From the NCBI GenBank assembly GCA_038231275.1, contig JBBRLQ010000007.1:256001-320000 (forward strand): DNA of 64,000 nucleotides, given 5' to 3'. Source of the stretch: Polyangiales bacterium (GTDB lineage Bacteria > Myxococcota_A > Polyangia > Polyangiales > Polyangiaceae). Of the stretch, positions 9,021-20,110 are shown one piece after another (position 1 is the first letter of the stretch; each line of letters opens with the position of its first letter). The position numbers and the translations under genes are program-made. The notes below the pieces were generated by a model. That model had not been told where the DNA came from. It did no database searches and was given only the letters and a program-made list of their open reading frames with translations.

Positions 9021-10950
9021 GGACCACCGCCGCGTACGGCCCGAGCGCGAGCGGCAGCGCGTAGGGCTTGCCGTCCTTGGCGCGCAGCGCCGGCGTCACG
9101 CTCCCCGTCATCGTGCCCGTAAAATCGCTGCCGTAGGCGGGCAAGTCCGAGTTGACCCGCACGCGCCACGGGGCGGCGTCGGGCGCACCGACGTCGTACC
9201 GCGTGTACCCCTTGTTCGCGAAGTTGAGGACGACGAGCACGTCCTCCCCCGACGCGCCGTGGCGACGGTAGGCGAGCACCTTGTCGACGTCGTTGCGCTG
9301 GACGATCTCGACGTCGGTGTCACCGAGGCCACCGGACTTGCCGTCGAGGTTGCGGCGAAGGCGGATCATGTCCTTGTAGAATGCACGGACAGAGAGCCCT
9401 TCGGCGGTGGGCGGGGCGAGCGGCGACGCCGGGTTCCCGAAGGGCGCGGTCGCGAGGGCCTCCTCCCCCATGAAGAGCATCGGCACGCCGGGTGCGGTGA
9501 GCATCGCGGCGGCCCCGAGCATCGAGCGCTTCCGGGCGGCGAGGCTCACCGGGTTCGCGCCGTCGATGCGCGTCGGGATGCGCGCGCCGCCGTTGCCGAC
9601 GGTGTCGTGGTTCTCCAAGTAGAGGAGGCGCGCGAAGGGATCGCCGCCCGACGTGCCTTGGAGCGCGCCCGTGACTTGCCCCATGTCGCGCCCGGCGTCG
9701 TCGGGGCGCACGATCACGTCGGTCATCGTGTAGCCGAAGCCGTCCCACTGCGCGTCGAAGCCGAAGCCGCCGCTCGCGGGGCTCTGCGTGATCGCGCCGA
9801 AGCCCTTGAGATCCTCGGCGACGCTGAGGCCGGACAGCGCGTGGACGCGATCGTTGGCGCGTACGAGGAGCTCCTTGCCGCCGGGCGTCGTCCCCTGGCC
9901 GTCGAGCGCGCGCACGTTCGAGACCGAGTCCCAGCGGAAGCCGTCGGCGCGGAGCTCCACCATCCAGGTGTCGACGGACGCGGCGAGCATCGTCGCGACC
10001 TCGGGCGTGGCGTAGCCGGGGCGCGGTCCCCAAGGCGTCGTCGCGTAAGGGCCTGCTGGGAAGAAGTAGAGACCGGCGCTACCGCTCGGGCAGTCGCCGT
10101 CGAAGCAGCGGAGCGGCGCTTGGCCGTAGCCGTCGGTGTGGTTGATGACCGTGTCGATCCAGATCGCGATCCCGAGCCCGTGTGCGCGATCGACGAGCGC
10201 CCGGAAATCGTCGAGCGATCCGAGGCCCGGCATCGGCGCGTGAAAGAGCTGCGGGTTGTATCCCCATCCGTTCGCGTCGCCGCCGAACGCTTGAACGGGA
10301 AGGAGCTCGATCACGTTCACGCCGAGCTCGGCGAGGCCGGGGAGCGCGTCGCGTGTGGAGGCAAAGGTCCCGTGCGCGGCGCCGGCCGACGTGAAGCTCG
10401 CGACGTGAAGCTCGTACACGACGGTACTTGCGCGCGCGGGTCGCGTGAACGCAGGTGTCGTCCACGCGTACGCGTTCGGATCGACGACGCGGCACGCGCC
10501 GCCCGCGAGCTCGCGGCAGTACGGATCGATCCGCGTGATCGCGCCGCCCGGTCCTTGAAAGACATAGCGGTACGTGTTGCCGGCGTGCGCGCCCGGGACG
10601 TGCGCCTCGAAGACGCCCCCGGGGATGGCGGTCATCGTGACGTCGCCTTGCGCGAAGTCGCCGCGCACGATGGCCGCCGTCGCGTGCGGCGCCCACACGC
10701 GAAATACGACGCCGCCCGCCTCGACGTTGCCGCCGAGGAACGGTGCGGGAAGGGGCCCTGCGTCGACGGTGACGCCGCCGTCGGGGAGTGGCGCGCCGTC
10801 GGGGAAAACGCTTGCATCGCCGAGAGCGCCTGGGCCTCCCGCGTCGCCCGCACCCGCAGGCGAAGTCGGCCCCGCGCGCGCGCCGCTGTCGCCACACGCC
10901 GCCACGACGAGCGCAGCGCACCAGGCGACGGATCGGGCGCACCTCTCCAT
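9010..10950 (-). CDS. GH13 alpha-amylase family enzyme (CBM48 plus TreZ/GlgB-like catalytic domain) with lipoprotein signal
   Basis: FRVWAPHA, YELHV, WGYNP, DGFRWDSV, VAED and ENHD motifs; N-terminal LVVAAC lipobox. Start 10950 or 10968. Confidence 0.88.
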   Translation of the reverse strand: MERCARSVAWCAALVVAACGDSGARAGPTSPAGAGDAGGPGALGDASVFPDGAPLPDGGVTVDAGPLPAPFLGGNVEAGGVVFRVWAPHATAAIVRGDFAQGDVTMTAIPGGVFEAHVPGAHAGNTYRYVFQGPGGAITRIDPYCRELAGGACRVVDPNAYAWTTPAFTRPARASTVVYELHVASFTSAGAAHGTFASTRDALPGLAELGVNVIELLPVQAFGGDANGWGYNPQLFHAPMPGLGSLDDFRALVDRAHGLGIAIWIDTVINHTDGYGQAPLRCFDGDCPSGSAGLYFFPAGPYATTPWGPRPGYATPEVATMLAASVDTWMVELRADGFRWDSVSNVRALDGQGTTPGGKELLVRANDRVHALSGLSVAEDLKGFGAITQSPASGGFGFDAQWDGFGYTMTDVIVRPDDAGRDMGQVTGALQGTSGGDPFARLLYLENHDTVGNGGARIPTRIDGANPVSLAARKRSMLGAAAMLTAPGVPMLFMGEEALATAPFGNPASPLAPPTAEGLSVRAFYKDMIRLRRNLDGKSGGLGDTDVEIVQRNDVDKVLAYRRHGASGEDVLVVLNFANKGYTRYDVGAPDAAPWRVRVNSDLPAYGSDFTGTMTGSVTPALRAKDGKPYALPLALGPYAAVVLTR

Positions 10951-11057
10951 GAGGACCATCCTTACCATCCCGCCCTCTTCGGCGTTTGCGCGCGGCCGTC
11001 AAACCCTTCGGTCCGCCCGTCGCGACGGCACTGTCAGGTCTGGTACCATCACGCGCC

Positions 11058-12026
11058 ATGAACCACGTTCGCCTCGGCCGCACGGCCCTCAAGGTCAGCC
11101 GATTCTGCCTCGGCACGATGAACTTCGGTCCGCAGACCAGCGAGGCCGACGCGTTCAAGATCATGGATCGCGCGCTCGAGATGGGGATCAACTTCTTCGA
11201 CACCGCGAACGTCTACGGCTGGAAGCGCGGCGAGGGCTGGACGGAGCAGATCCTCGGTCGCTGGTTCGCGCAGGGGGGCGGCCGGCGCGAGAAGGTCGTC
11301 CTCGCCACGAAGGTCTACGGCAACATGGGTGACTGGCCGAACACCAACCACCTCTCGGCCGTGCACATCCGCCGCGCCTGCGAGGAGTCGCTGCGCCGCA
11401 TGCAGACCGATCACATCGACCTCTACCAGATGCACCACGTCGATCGCGAGGCGCCGTGGGACGAGGTGTGGCAGGCGATGGAGGTCTTGGTCCAGCAGGG
11501 CAAGATTGTCTACATCGGCTCGTCGAACTTCGCGGGGTGGCACATCGCGCAGGCGAACGAGGCGGCCAAGGCGCGGCACTTTCTCGGACTCGTTTCGGAG
11601 CAGAGCCTCTACAACTTGCTCGATCGCACGATCGAGCTCGAGGTGATTCCGGCGTGCCAGACGTACGGCCTCGCCGTCATCCCGTGGAGCCCGCTGAAGT
11701 CGGGTGTCCTCGCTGGCCTCCAAAAGGAGAAGGAGGGTCGGCGCGCCGCCGAGCTCGCGCAGCGCACGATCGCGAAGCACAAGGACGCGCTGGAGCGCTA
11801 CGAGGCGTTCTGCAAGGAGCTGGGCCACGCGCCGGCGGACGTGTCCTTGGCGTGGGTGCTCGCGAACCCGGTCGTCACCGCGCCAATCGTGGGCCCGCGG
11901 ACGATGGAGCACCTGGAGTCGGCGCTGCGCGCGTTCGAGGTGAAGCTCGACGCTGACGCGATGAAGAAGCTCGACGAAATTTTTCCGGGCCCCGGCGGCG
12001 CGGCGCCAGAGGCGTACGCCTGGTGA
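11058..12026 (+). CDS. Aldo/keto reductase
   Basis: LGTMNFG, FFDTANVYG, LATK, IDLYQMHH and PWSPL motifs; start ATG 11058. Confidence 0.93.
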   Translation: MNHVRLGRTALKVSRFCLGTMNFGPQTSEADAFKIMDRALEMGINFFDTANVYGWKRGEGWTEQILGRWFAQGGGRREKVVLATKVYGNMGDWPNTNHLSAVHIRRACEESLRRMQTDHIDLYQMHHVDREAPWDEVWQAMEVLVQQGKIVYIGSSNFAGWHIAQANEAAKARHFLGLVSEQSLYNLLDRTIELEVIPACQTYGLAVIPWSPLKSGVLAGLQKEKEGRRAAELAQRTIAKHKDALERYEAFCKELGHAPADVSLAWVLANPVVTAPIVGPRTMEHLESALRAFEVKLDADAMKKLDEIFPGPGGAAPEAYAW

Positions 12027-12041
12027 CCGTGCAGACGACGA

Positions 12042-12563
12042 CTACGGCCCGCCCCACGTCGCTTCGATCGCGATGCCGCGCGCGCGCGGGCCGGCGTCGC
12101 CTTCGGGGGGGAACGTCACGAGCTTGAGCGGCGACACGACGCACACCAGCAGGTTCGCCGCGGTCTGCGCGCCCGGGCCTGCTTTCACGTTGAGGCCGGC
12201 GATCGACCCGTCGGGCGCGATCGCCGCCACCACGCGCCCCGCGCCGTCCTTTGCGAGCCGACCCTCGCCCGCGAGGCGCTTGGCGCAGCCCTCGAGCTCG
12301 TCGGCGAGGTGATCGATCACCGCGCGCGCCGCTCCGTCGTCGAGCCCGCGCGCCTCCGCTAGGGCGACCAGGCCGTGCGGCCTCTTTGCAACATACACGT
12401 ATCCGTCGGGCGACGGCGCCGGGCCTCCCCCGTCGACGCCGGACGCCGTGTGCACTTCGCGCGTCTCTGGCACCACATCGCGCGCCGGTCCCGCGCACGT
12501 CGACAGCCCGAGGCCTCCCGCGTCCAAGAGGAGCGCCCCGAGCACGGCGGCGACGCGGATCAT
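12042..12563 (-). CDS. Exported hypothetical protein, possible AgmX/TonB-C-like C-terminal domain
   Basis: Hydrophobic N-terminus; Cys pair; LEGC..GRVVAAIAPDG..LKLVTFP pattern. Confidence 0.55.
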   Translation of the reverse strand: MIRVAAVLGALLLDAGGLGLSTCAGPARDVVPETREVHTASGVDGGGPAPSPDGYVYVAKRPHGLVALAEARGLDDGAARAVIDHLADELEGCAKRLAGEGRLAKDGAGRVVAAIAPDGSIAGLNVKAGPGAQTAANLLVCVVSPLKLVTFPPEGDAGPRARGIAIEATWGGP

Positions 12564-12573
12564 GCGCGCGCGA

Positions 12574-13716
12574 TCATCCGCCCAGCACGTGCTTGGCGAT
12601 GACGATGCGCTGGATCTGGCTCGTTCCCTCGTAGATCTGGAGGATCTTCGCGTCGCGCATCAGCTTCTCGACGGGATAGTCCTTTACGTAGCCGTTGCCG
12701 CCGAAGACCTGCACCGCGTCGACCGCCGTGGCCATCGCGCTGTCGGCGCCGTACGCCTTCGCGTAGGACGACACGATCGGGTTGCGGATCCCCTTGTCGA
12801 GGTTCCACGCGGCTTTGCGCACGAGAAGGCTGGTGGCCTCGATGCGGATCGCCATCTCGGCGATCATCGCGCCGACGAGCTGGTGCTGGCCGATCGGGAC
12901 GCCGAATGTCTTTCGCTCCTTGGCGTACGCGACGCACTCGTCGAGGCAGCGGCGCATGAGGCCGCACGCGATCGCGCCGATGTCGGGCCGCGTCTGGTTG
13001 AACGTCTCCATCGCGAGCTTGAAGCCCTGTCCGGGCGGCGCGAGCACGTTGGCAGCGGGGACCTTCACGTCCTCGAGCATCACGGCGGCGGTGTCGCTCG
13101 CGCGCTGGCCGAGCTTGTCCTCGTGGCGTCCGACCTTCAGGCCTGGCGTATCGCGCGGGACGATGAAGGCGCCGATTCCCTTGTGGCGCTTGGTCGGATC
13201 CTCGGTCGCGAAGATCGTGTAGAAGCTCGCCATCGTAGCGTTGGTGATCCACATCTTCTGGCCGTTGAGGACCCAGCCGGTGCCGTCCTTGGTGGCGCGC
13301 GTCTGGAGGCCCGCGACGTCGCTGCCGGCCTGTGGCTCGGTCGTCGCGTAGCTCGCGAAGATGGGCTCGCTCGCGAGCCAGCCGAGGAACTTCTTCTTCT
13401 GCTCTTCGGAGCCGGCGAGCTTGATCGGCGTGAGCCCGAGCGTGTTCGCCGTCATGCTCGTCTGGATGCCGCTGCACCCGTACGCGAGCTCTTCGGTGAT
13501 GAGCGACGAGTCGACGTCGGAGAGCCCGGCCCCGCCGTACTCGGTCGGCAGCGTCGGGTTCACGAGGCCGATCTTGTGCGCCTCCTCGAAGACGTCGCGC
13601 GGGAAGCGAGACTCGCGATCGCACGCGGCGGCGACGGGGATGATGCGCTCTTTGGTGAACCGCCGGGCGGTGTCGACGAGGGCGCGCTGCTCTTCGGTCA
13701 TCTCGAAGTCGAACAT
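12574..13716 (-). CDS. Acyl-CoA dehydrogenase
   Basis: TEPQAGSD, GQKMWITN, KLGQR, GGNGY and QIYEGT motifs. Confidence 0.95.
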   Translation of the reverse strand: MFDFEMTEEQRALVDTARRFTKERIIPVAAACDRESRFPRDVFEEAHKIGLVNPTLPTEYGGAGLSDVDSSLITEELAYGCSGIQTSMTANTLGLTPIKLAGSEEQKKKFLGWLASEPIFASYATTEPQAGSDVAGLQTRATKDGTGWVLNGQKMWITNATMASFYTIFATEDPTKRHKGIGAFIVPRDTPGLKVGRHEDKLGQRASDTAAVMLEDVKVPAANVLAPPGQGFKLAMETFNQTRPDIGAIACGLMRRCLDECVAYAKERKTFGVPIGQHQLVGAMIAEMAIRIEATSLLVRKAAWNLDKGIRNPIVSSYAKAYGADSAMATAVDAVQVFGGNGYVKDYPVEKLMRDAKILQIYEGTSQIQRIVIAKHVLGG

Positions 13717-13745
13717 GGGGAAAACCTCGGGCGGGGAGGGTAGCA

Positions 13746-13772
13746 GACTCCGACTCCGACTCCGACTCCGAC
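13746..13772. repeat. Intergenic hexamer tandem repeat (GACTCC) x4.5
   Basis: Read directly; same unit as 57101-57150. Confidence 0.9.
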
Positions 13773-13778
13773 CGGCGA

Positions 13779-13913
13779 CTATTCGCGCGCGCGCTTTTTC
13801 TTGCGATCCACGGCCTCGCGCGCGGCGCGGGAGCCCATCACGTAGCCGATGACCATCCCGATCATCAACACGCCCGGGATGAACAAGAAGTGCTCCGGCC
13901 CGGGAAATCCCAT
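13779..13913 (-). CDS. Small single-pass membrane protein
   Basis: MGFPGPEHFLFIPGVLMIGMVIGYVMG followed by a basic tail; starts 4 nt after the ccmD-like stop. Confidence 0.7.
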   Translation of the reverse strand: MGFPGPEHFLFIPGVLMIGMVIGYVMGSRAAREAVDRKKKRARE

Positions 13914-13917
13914 CAGA

Positions 13918-14358
13918 TCAGGCCTCGCTCGTCTTCTTCGCGCCGGCGGCCGCCTTTTCGGTCTTCGCGACCGCACGATCGATCGCCCGCTCGAGTCCGT
14001 CGAGGCGGACGTTGAGGCTCGCCTGCTTCTTCCACACGAGGACGAGCCAGCCCATCAAGATGAGCCAGAGGACCGAGTAGGCGGAGACGAGGAGGCCCTC
14101 GCCGCTGTGGGATTCGGGCTCGTCGCTCACGGCTTGGAAGGAGGTCGAGCGCGTGTCGGGCGTTGCCGAGCCGGCGGGCGCAATCGCGGTCGGCGTCGCG
14201 GTCGCGGTCGCGGTCGGCGTCGCGGTCGCGTGCGCGGTGGCGATCGCCGAGGCGGTCGGCGTCGGGGGAGGCGTCGGGTGCGCCGCAGTGGTCGTCGGCG
14301 CCGTCGGCGGCGGAGGAGGAGGTTGCGGGCGCGGCCCGGGGGCGAGATCGAAGCTCAT
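13918..14358 (-). CDS. CcmD-like heme exporter protein with a Pro/Thr/Ala-rich N-terminal extension
   Basis: LVSAYSVLWLILMGW TM segment followed by a coiled coil; directly downstream of ccmC. Confidence 0.65.
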   Translation of the reverse strand: MSFDLAPGPRPQPPPPPPTAPTTTAAHPTPPPTPTASAIATAHATATPTATATATPTAIAPAGSATPDTRSTSFQAVSDEPESHSGEGLLVSAYSVLWLILMGWLVLVWKKQASLNVRLDGLERAIDRAVAKTEKAAAGAKKTSEA

Positions 14359-15110
14359 GCTTCCGTCCTATCGTCGAGACCGAGGTCGATGGCGTCTTCT
14401 TCTGCGAGTGCGAGGCGACTGCGCGCGAGCTCCAGCTTCACGCGCGCCCACAGGAGCACGACGCAGAACAGCGTGAAGGTGAGGATCGCGAGGAGGAGCG
14501 CGAGCTTCATGTCCGGGTGGTGGAGGCCGCCGCCCTTCGACGTGATGACGGTCGGGTGCTGCCCCGCCCACTTTTGAACGCTGTAGTGGATGATCGGCAA
14601 GTTGGCCGCGCCGAGGACGCCGAGCGCCGCTGCGAAGCGCCGCTCTCCCGGCCCGTCGCCGCTGTAGGCGCGCAGCACGAGGTACGCGACGTAGATGAGC
14701 ACGCTGAGGAGCGACGTCGTGAGGCGCGGGTCCCACGTCCAGTAATACCCCCACGCCTTTGCCGCCCAGAGCGGGCCCGTCGTCATCACGATCGCGCCGA
14801 ACACCACCGCGAGCTCTGCGCCTGCGCGCGCGAGGGCGTCGCCGACATCGGTCGGGCGCACGAGGTACATCACCGACCCGATGAAGCAGGCCGTCGCGCC
14901 GATGTACATCGAGTACGCGCTCGGGACGTGGAAGTAGAAGATCTTCTGCACGATGCCCATGTTCCGCTCGACGGGCGCGCGCTCCACGATCTGGAGCGTC
15001 CACACCAGGAGCACCGCCGTGATCGCGACGAGGGCGAAGAAGATCAGATCGCTCGCCCCGCTCTTGGGCTTCGCGCGCGTCGCGCTGCCGACGAGGGCGT
15101 CGGGGGTCAT
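14355..15110 (-). CDS. ccmC: Cytochrome c biogenesis heme exporter CcmC (CcsA family)
   Basis: IFYFHVP, the WWD motif WGYYWTWDPRLT and IHYSV..W..QHP; ATG 15110 overlaps the J-protein stop. Confidence 0.9.
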   Translation of the reverse strand: MTPDALVGSATRAKPKSGASDLIFFALVAITAVLLVWTLQIVERAPVERNMGIVQKIFYFHVPSAYSMYIGATACFIGSVMYLVRPTDVGDALARAGAELAVVFGAIVMTTGPLWAAKAWGYYWTWDPRLTTSLLSVLIYVAYLVLRAYSGDGPGERRFAAALGVLGAANLPIIHYSVQKWAGQHPTVITSKGGGLHHPDMKLALLLAILTFTLFCVVLLWARVKLELARSRLALAEEDAIDLGLDDRTEA

Positions 15111-15667
15111 TGATTTTTCTGCCACTTCTTCTTCTCCTCTTCGTTGCGGCGCGCGATCTCGCCGTCGATCTCCTTGAGGAAGCCATCGAGCGCGGGGTTG
15201 CCTCGGTCCATGTGAATCGCCAGGACCAGCTGGATCTTCGCTTGCTTTGGATCGCCCTTCTTGAAGAGCTCCTCGGCGCGCATGACGAACGGCCGCGCGC
15301 TCGGGTTGCGCATGCGGTCGGCGCCCTTGGGAGGCGGGGGGGCCATGCTCTCCGTCGGCGCCGAGCCGAGGCTCAAGAGGTGCTGCGGCCGCACGTCGCC
15401 TTGCGCGAGCGCGTCGTCGTAGCGACCGCGCAGGTTCGGGTTCGCGAGCACGCGGTACGCCTCGTTGCCGCGCTTGAAGATGTGGGCGATCGCGTCGCGC
15501 TCTTGCCGCGGGCGACCGGTGTGCGCGTCGGGATGGAAATCGGACGCGAACGCGTAGAACGCCGCCTTCAGGTCATCGGCCCCCACGTTCTGCTCGACCC
15601 GGAAGATCTCGTAGTACGAGAGCGAGTCGAGGACCTCTATCCACTGCGCGATGAATTCCCAGTCCAC
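15107..15667 (-). CDS. J-domain (DnaJ-like) co-chaperone with a C-terminal TPR-like segment
   Basis: SYYEIF, FHPD, EAYRVL and RGRYD motifs. Confidence 0.9.
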   Translation of the reverse strand: MDWEFIAQWIEVLDSLSYYEIFRVEQNVGADDLKAAFYAFASDFHPDAHTGRPRQERDAIAHIFKRGNEAYRVLANPNLRGRYDDALAQGDVRPQHLLSLGSAPTESMAPPPPKGADRMRNPSARPFVMRAEELFKKGDPKQAKIQLVLAIHMDRGNPALDGFLKEIDGEIARRNEEEKKKWQKNQ

Positions 15668-15674
15668 GGCGGCC

Positions 15675-18626
<2,952 letters not shown>

Positions 18627-18740
18627 CTAGGCCCGTTAGTTTAGAGCAACCGCCTTGTGAATGAAATGATTGCTCTATTCTTCTGATGGGTCGCTTCCGG
18701 CGTTCAAACGTTCCGTTCAAACGCCGTTCGCTCGATTCGT

Positions 18741-19313
18741 TCACCGCTCGTTCTGTCTCATTTCGTGGCATGCCCCCGCGTGCTCGGCGCGGACGTCGCG
18801 TAGGGCCTCGTCGAACCAGGCGTTAATCGCCTTCGGAAAGGGCCACATCCAGCCGTAGTCGGGGCCCGTGAAGCGAAGCACGATGCCCGCGCGAAGGCGC
18901 TCTGCGGCCGCGACGCCGTGGATCTCGGCGGTCGCGCGGATCGTCTCGACGTAGGCCTCCCATTCGATCCGCGCGCGTCCATACGCCAAGCCGATCGGGA
19001 AGATCGGCACCATGTAGACGAACGACATCCACGCGTCGCCCATGCGCGCGCGTTGCCGGAGGTGGACGCGCTCGTGGCGGAGGAGGATGAAGCGCTCGGT
19101 GTCGCTCATCTCGTCCCACGCGTCCGGGATCCAGAGCGTGTCGCGGAGGACGGTGTGATAGCGCGTGAGGTAGCTGCGCTGGCCGCCGAGCGTGACGACG
19201 ACGAGCGCCACGTGGATGCTCTTCTGGAGAATGCTCTCGCGCTTCCTCCGGATCGCGAACTGCGGGAACTCGGCGCGTATCTCGTCGAGGAACGCGTCGG
19301 TGCGCGATGTCAT
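18741..19313 (-). CDS. Hypothetical HExxH zincin-like protein
   Basis: True start MTSRTDAF (ATG 19313, ATGA overlap with the nei stop); LRHERVHLRQ and downstream IEWEAY. Confidence 0.7.
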   Translation of the reverse strand: MTSRTDAFLDEIRAEFPQFAIRRKRESILQKSIHVALVVVTLGGQRSYLTRYHTVLRDTLWIPDAWDEMSDTERFILLRHERVHLRQRARMGDAWMSFVYMVPIFPIGLAYGRARIEWEAYVETIRATAEIHGVAAAERLRAGIVLRFTGPDYGWMWPFPKAINAWFDEALRDVRAEHAGACHEMRQNER

Positions 19314-20110
19314 GAGGCGCGCTCGGTGACGCAGGAGGGGCAAAAATACGTAGAGCGGCGCGAGCCGAGCGGGCCTTGGTAGATGCGCGCGATGGGCGTT
19401 CGGCACACGAGGCACGGCTCGCCGGCGCGGCCGTATGCCCACGTCGGCGTCTTGCCGCCCCGCGAGCGACGCGGTCCACGCATCGTTGGAGAGACGTTGA
19501 TGCGCAAGATACGCTCGGCCTCCGTGAGCACGCGTAAGAGAGTCGCGTCGTCCAGATCTCGGACGCGCGCGCGCGGGTCGACGCGCGCCAGGAAGAGGGC
19601 CTCGCTCTTGATCTCGTTGCCGATGCCGGCGACGAGCCGTTGCGAAAGGATCGCCTCCGCGATCGTCATGCGCGGCGCCTCGCGAAGCTTGCGCGCGGCG
19701 GCTGCGAGATCGGGCGACGGCGCGAGGAGATCGGGGCCGAGCGACGCGAGCACACGCGCCGCGCGCGCTTCGGAGACGAGGCGCACGACCGGCGCGTCGA
19801 AGCAGATCGCGACGTGGCGCGGTGTCTCGAGCACGGCGCGGGCGCGGCTGGGGCTGCGGCGCCACTTCTCGCCGCGCGCGTAGACATGCCACGAGCCGGT
19901 CATCTTCATGTGGGTAATGAGGACGCGATCGCCGTCGAAGCGCACGACGAGGTATTTGCCGGCGGCTTCGACGGAGACGACGCGGGTGGCGCCCGAGGCG
20001 TGGTGCGCGTCGCCGACCTGCATCGGGAGCTCGAAACGAACGAGCGGCTGGCCGGCGAGGACCTGCGAGAGGCGTCGCGCGGCGCGGAAGATCGTGTCGC
20101 CTTCCGGCAT
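19310..20110 (-). CDS. nei: Fpg/Nei family DNA glycosylase
   Basis: True start MPEGDTIF (catalytic PE); GKYL, HMKMTGSW, H2TH AGIGN and zinc finger CLVC...CPSC. Confidence 0.9.
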   Translation of the reverse strand: MPEGDTIFRAARRLSQVLAGQPLVRFELPMQVGDAHHASGATRVVSVEAAGKYLVVRFDGDRVLITHMKMTGSWHVYARGEKWRRSPSRARAVLETPRHVAICFDAPVVRLVSEARAARVLASLGPDLLAPSPDLAAAARKLREAPRMTIAEAILSQRLVAGIGNEIKSEALFLARVDPRARVRDLDDATLLRVLTEAERILRINVSPTMRGPRRSRGGKTPTWAYGRAGEPCLVCRTPIARIYQGPLGSRRSTYFCPSCVTERAS

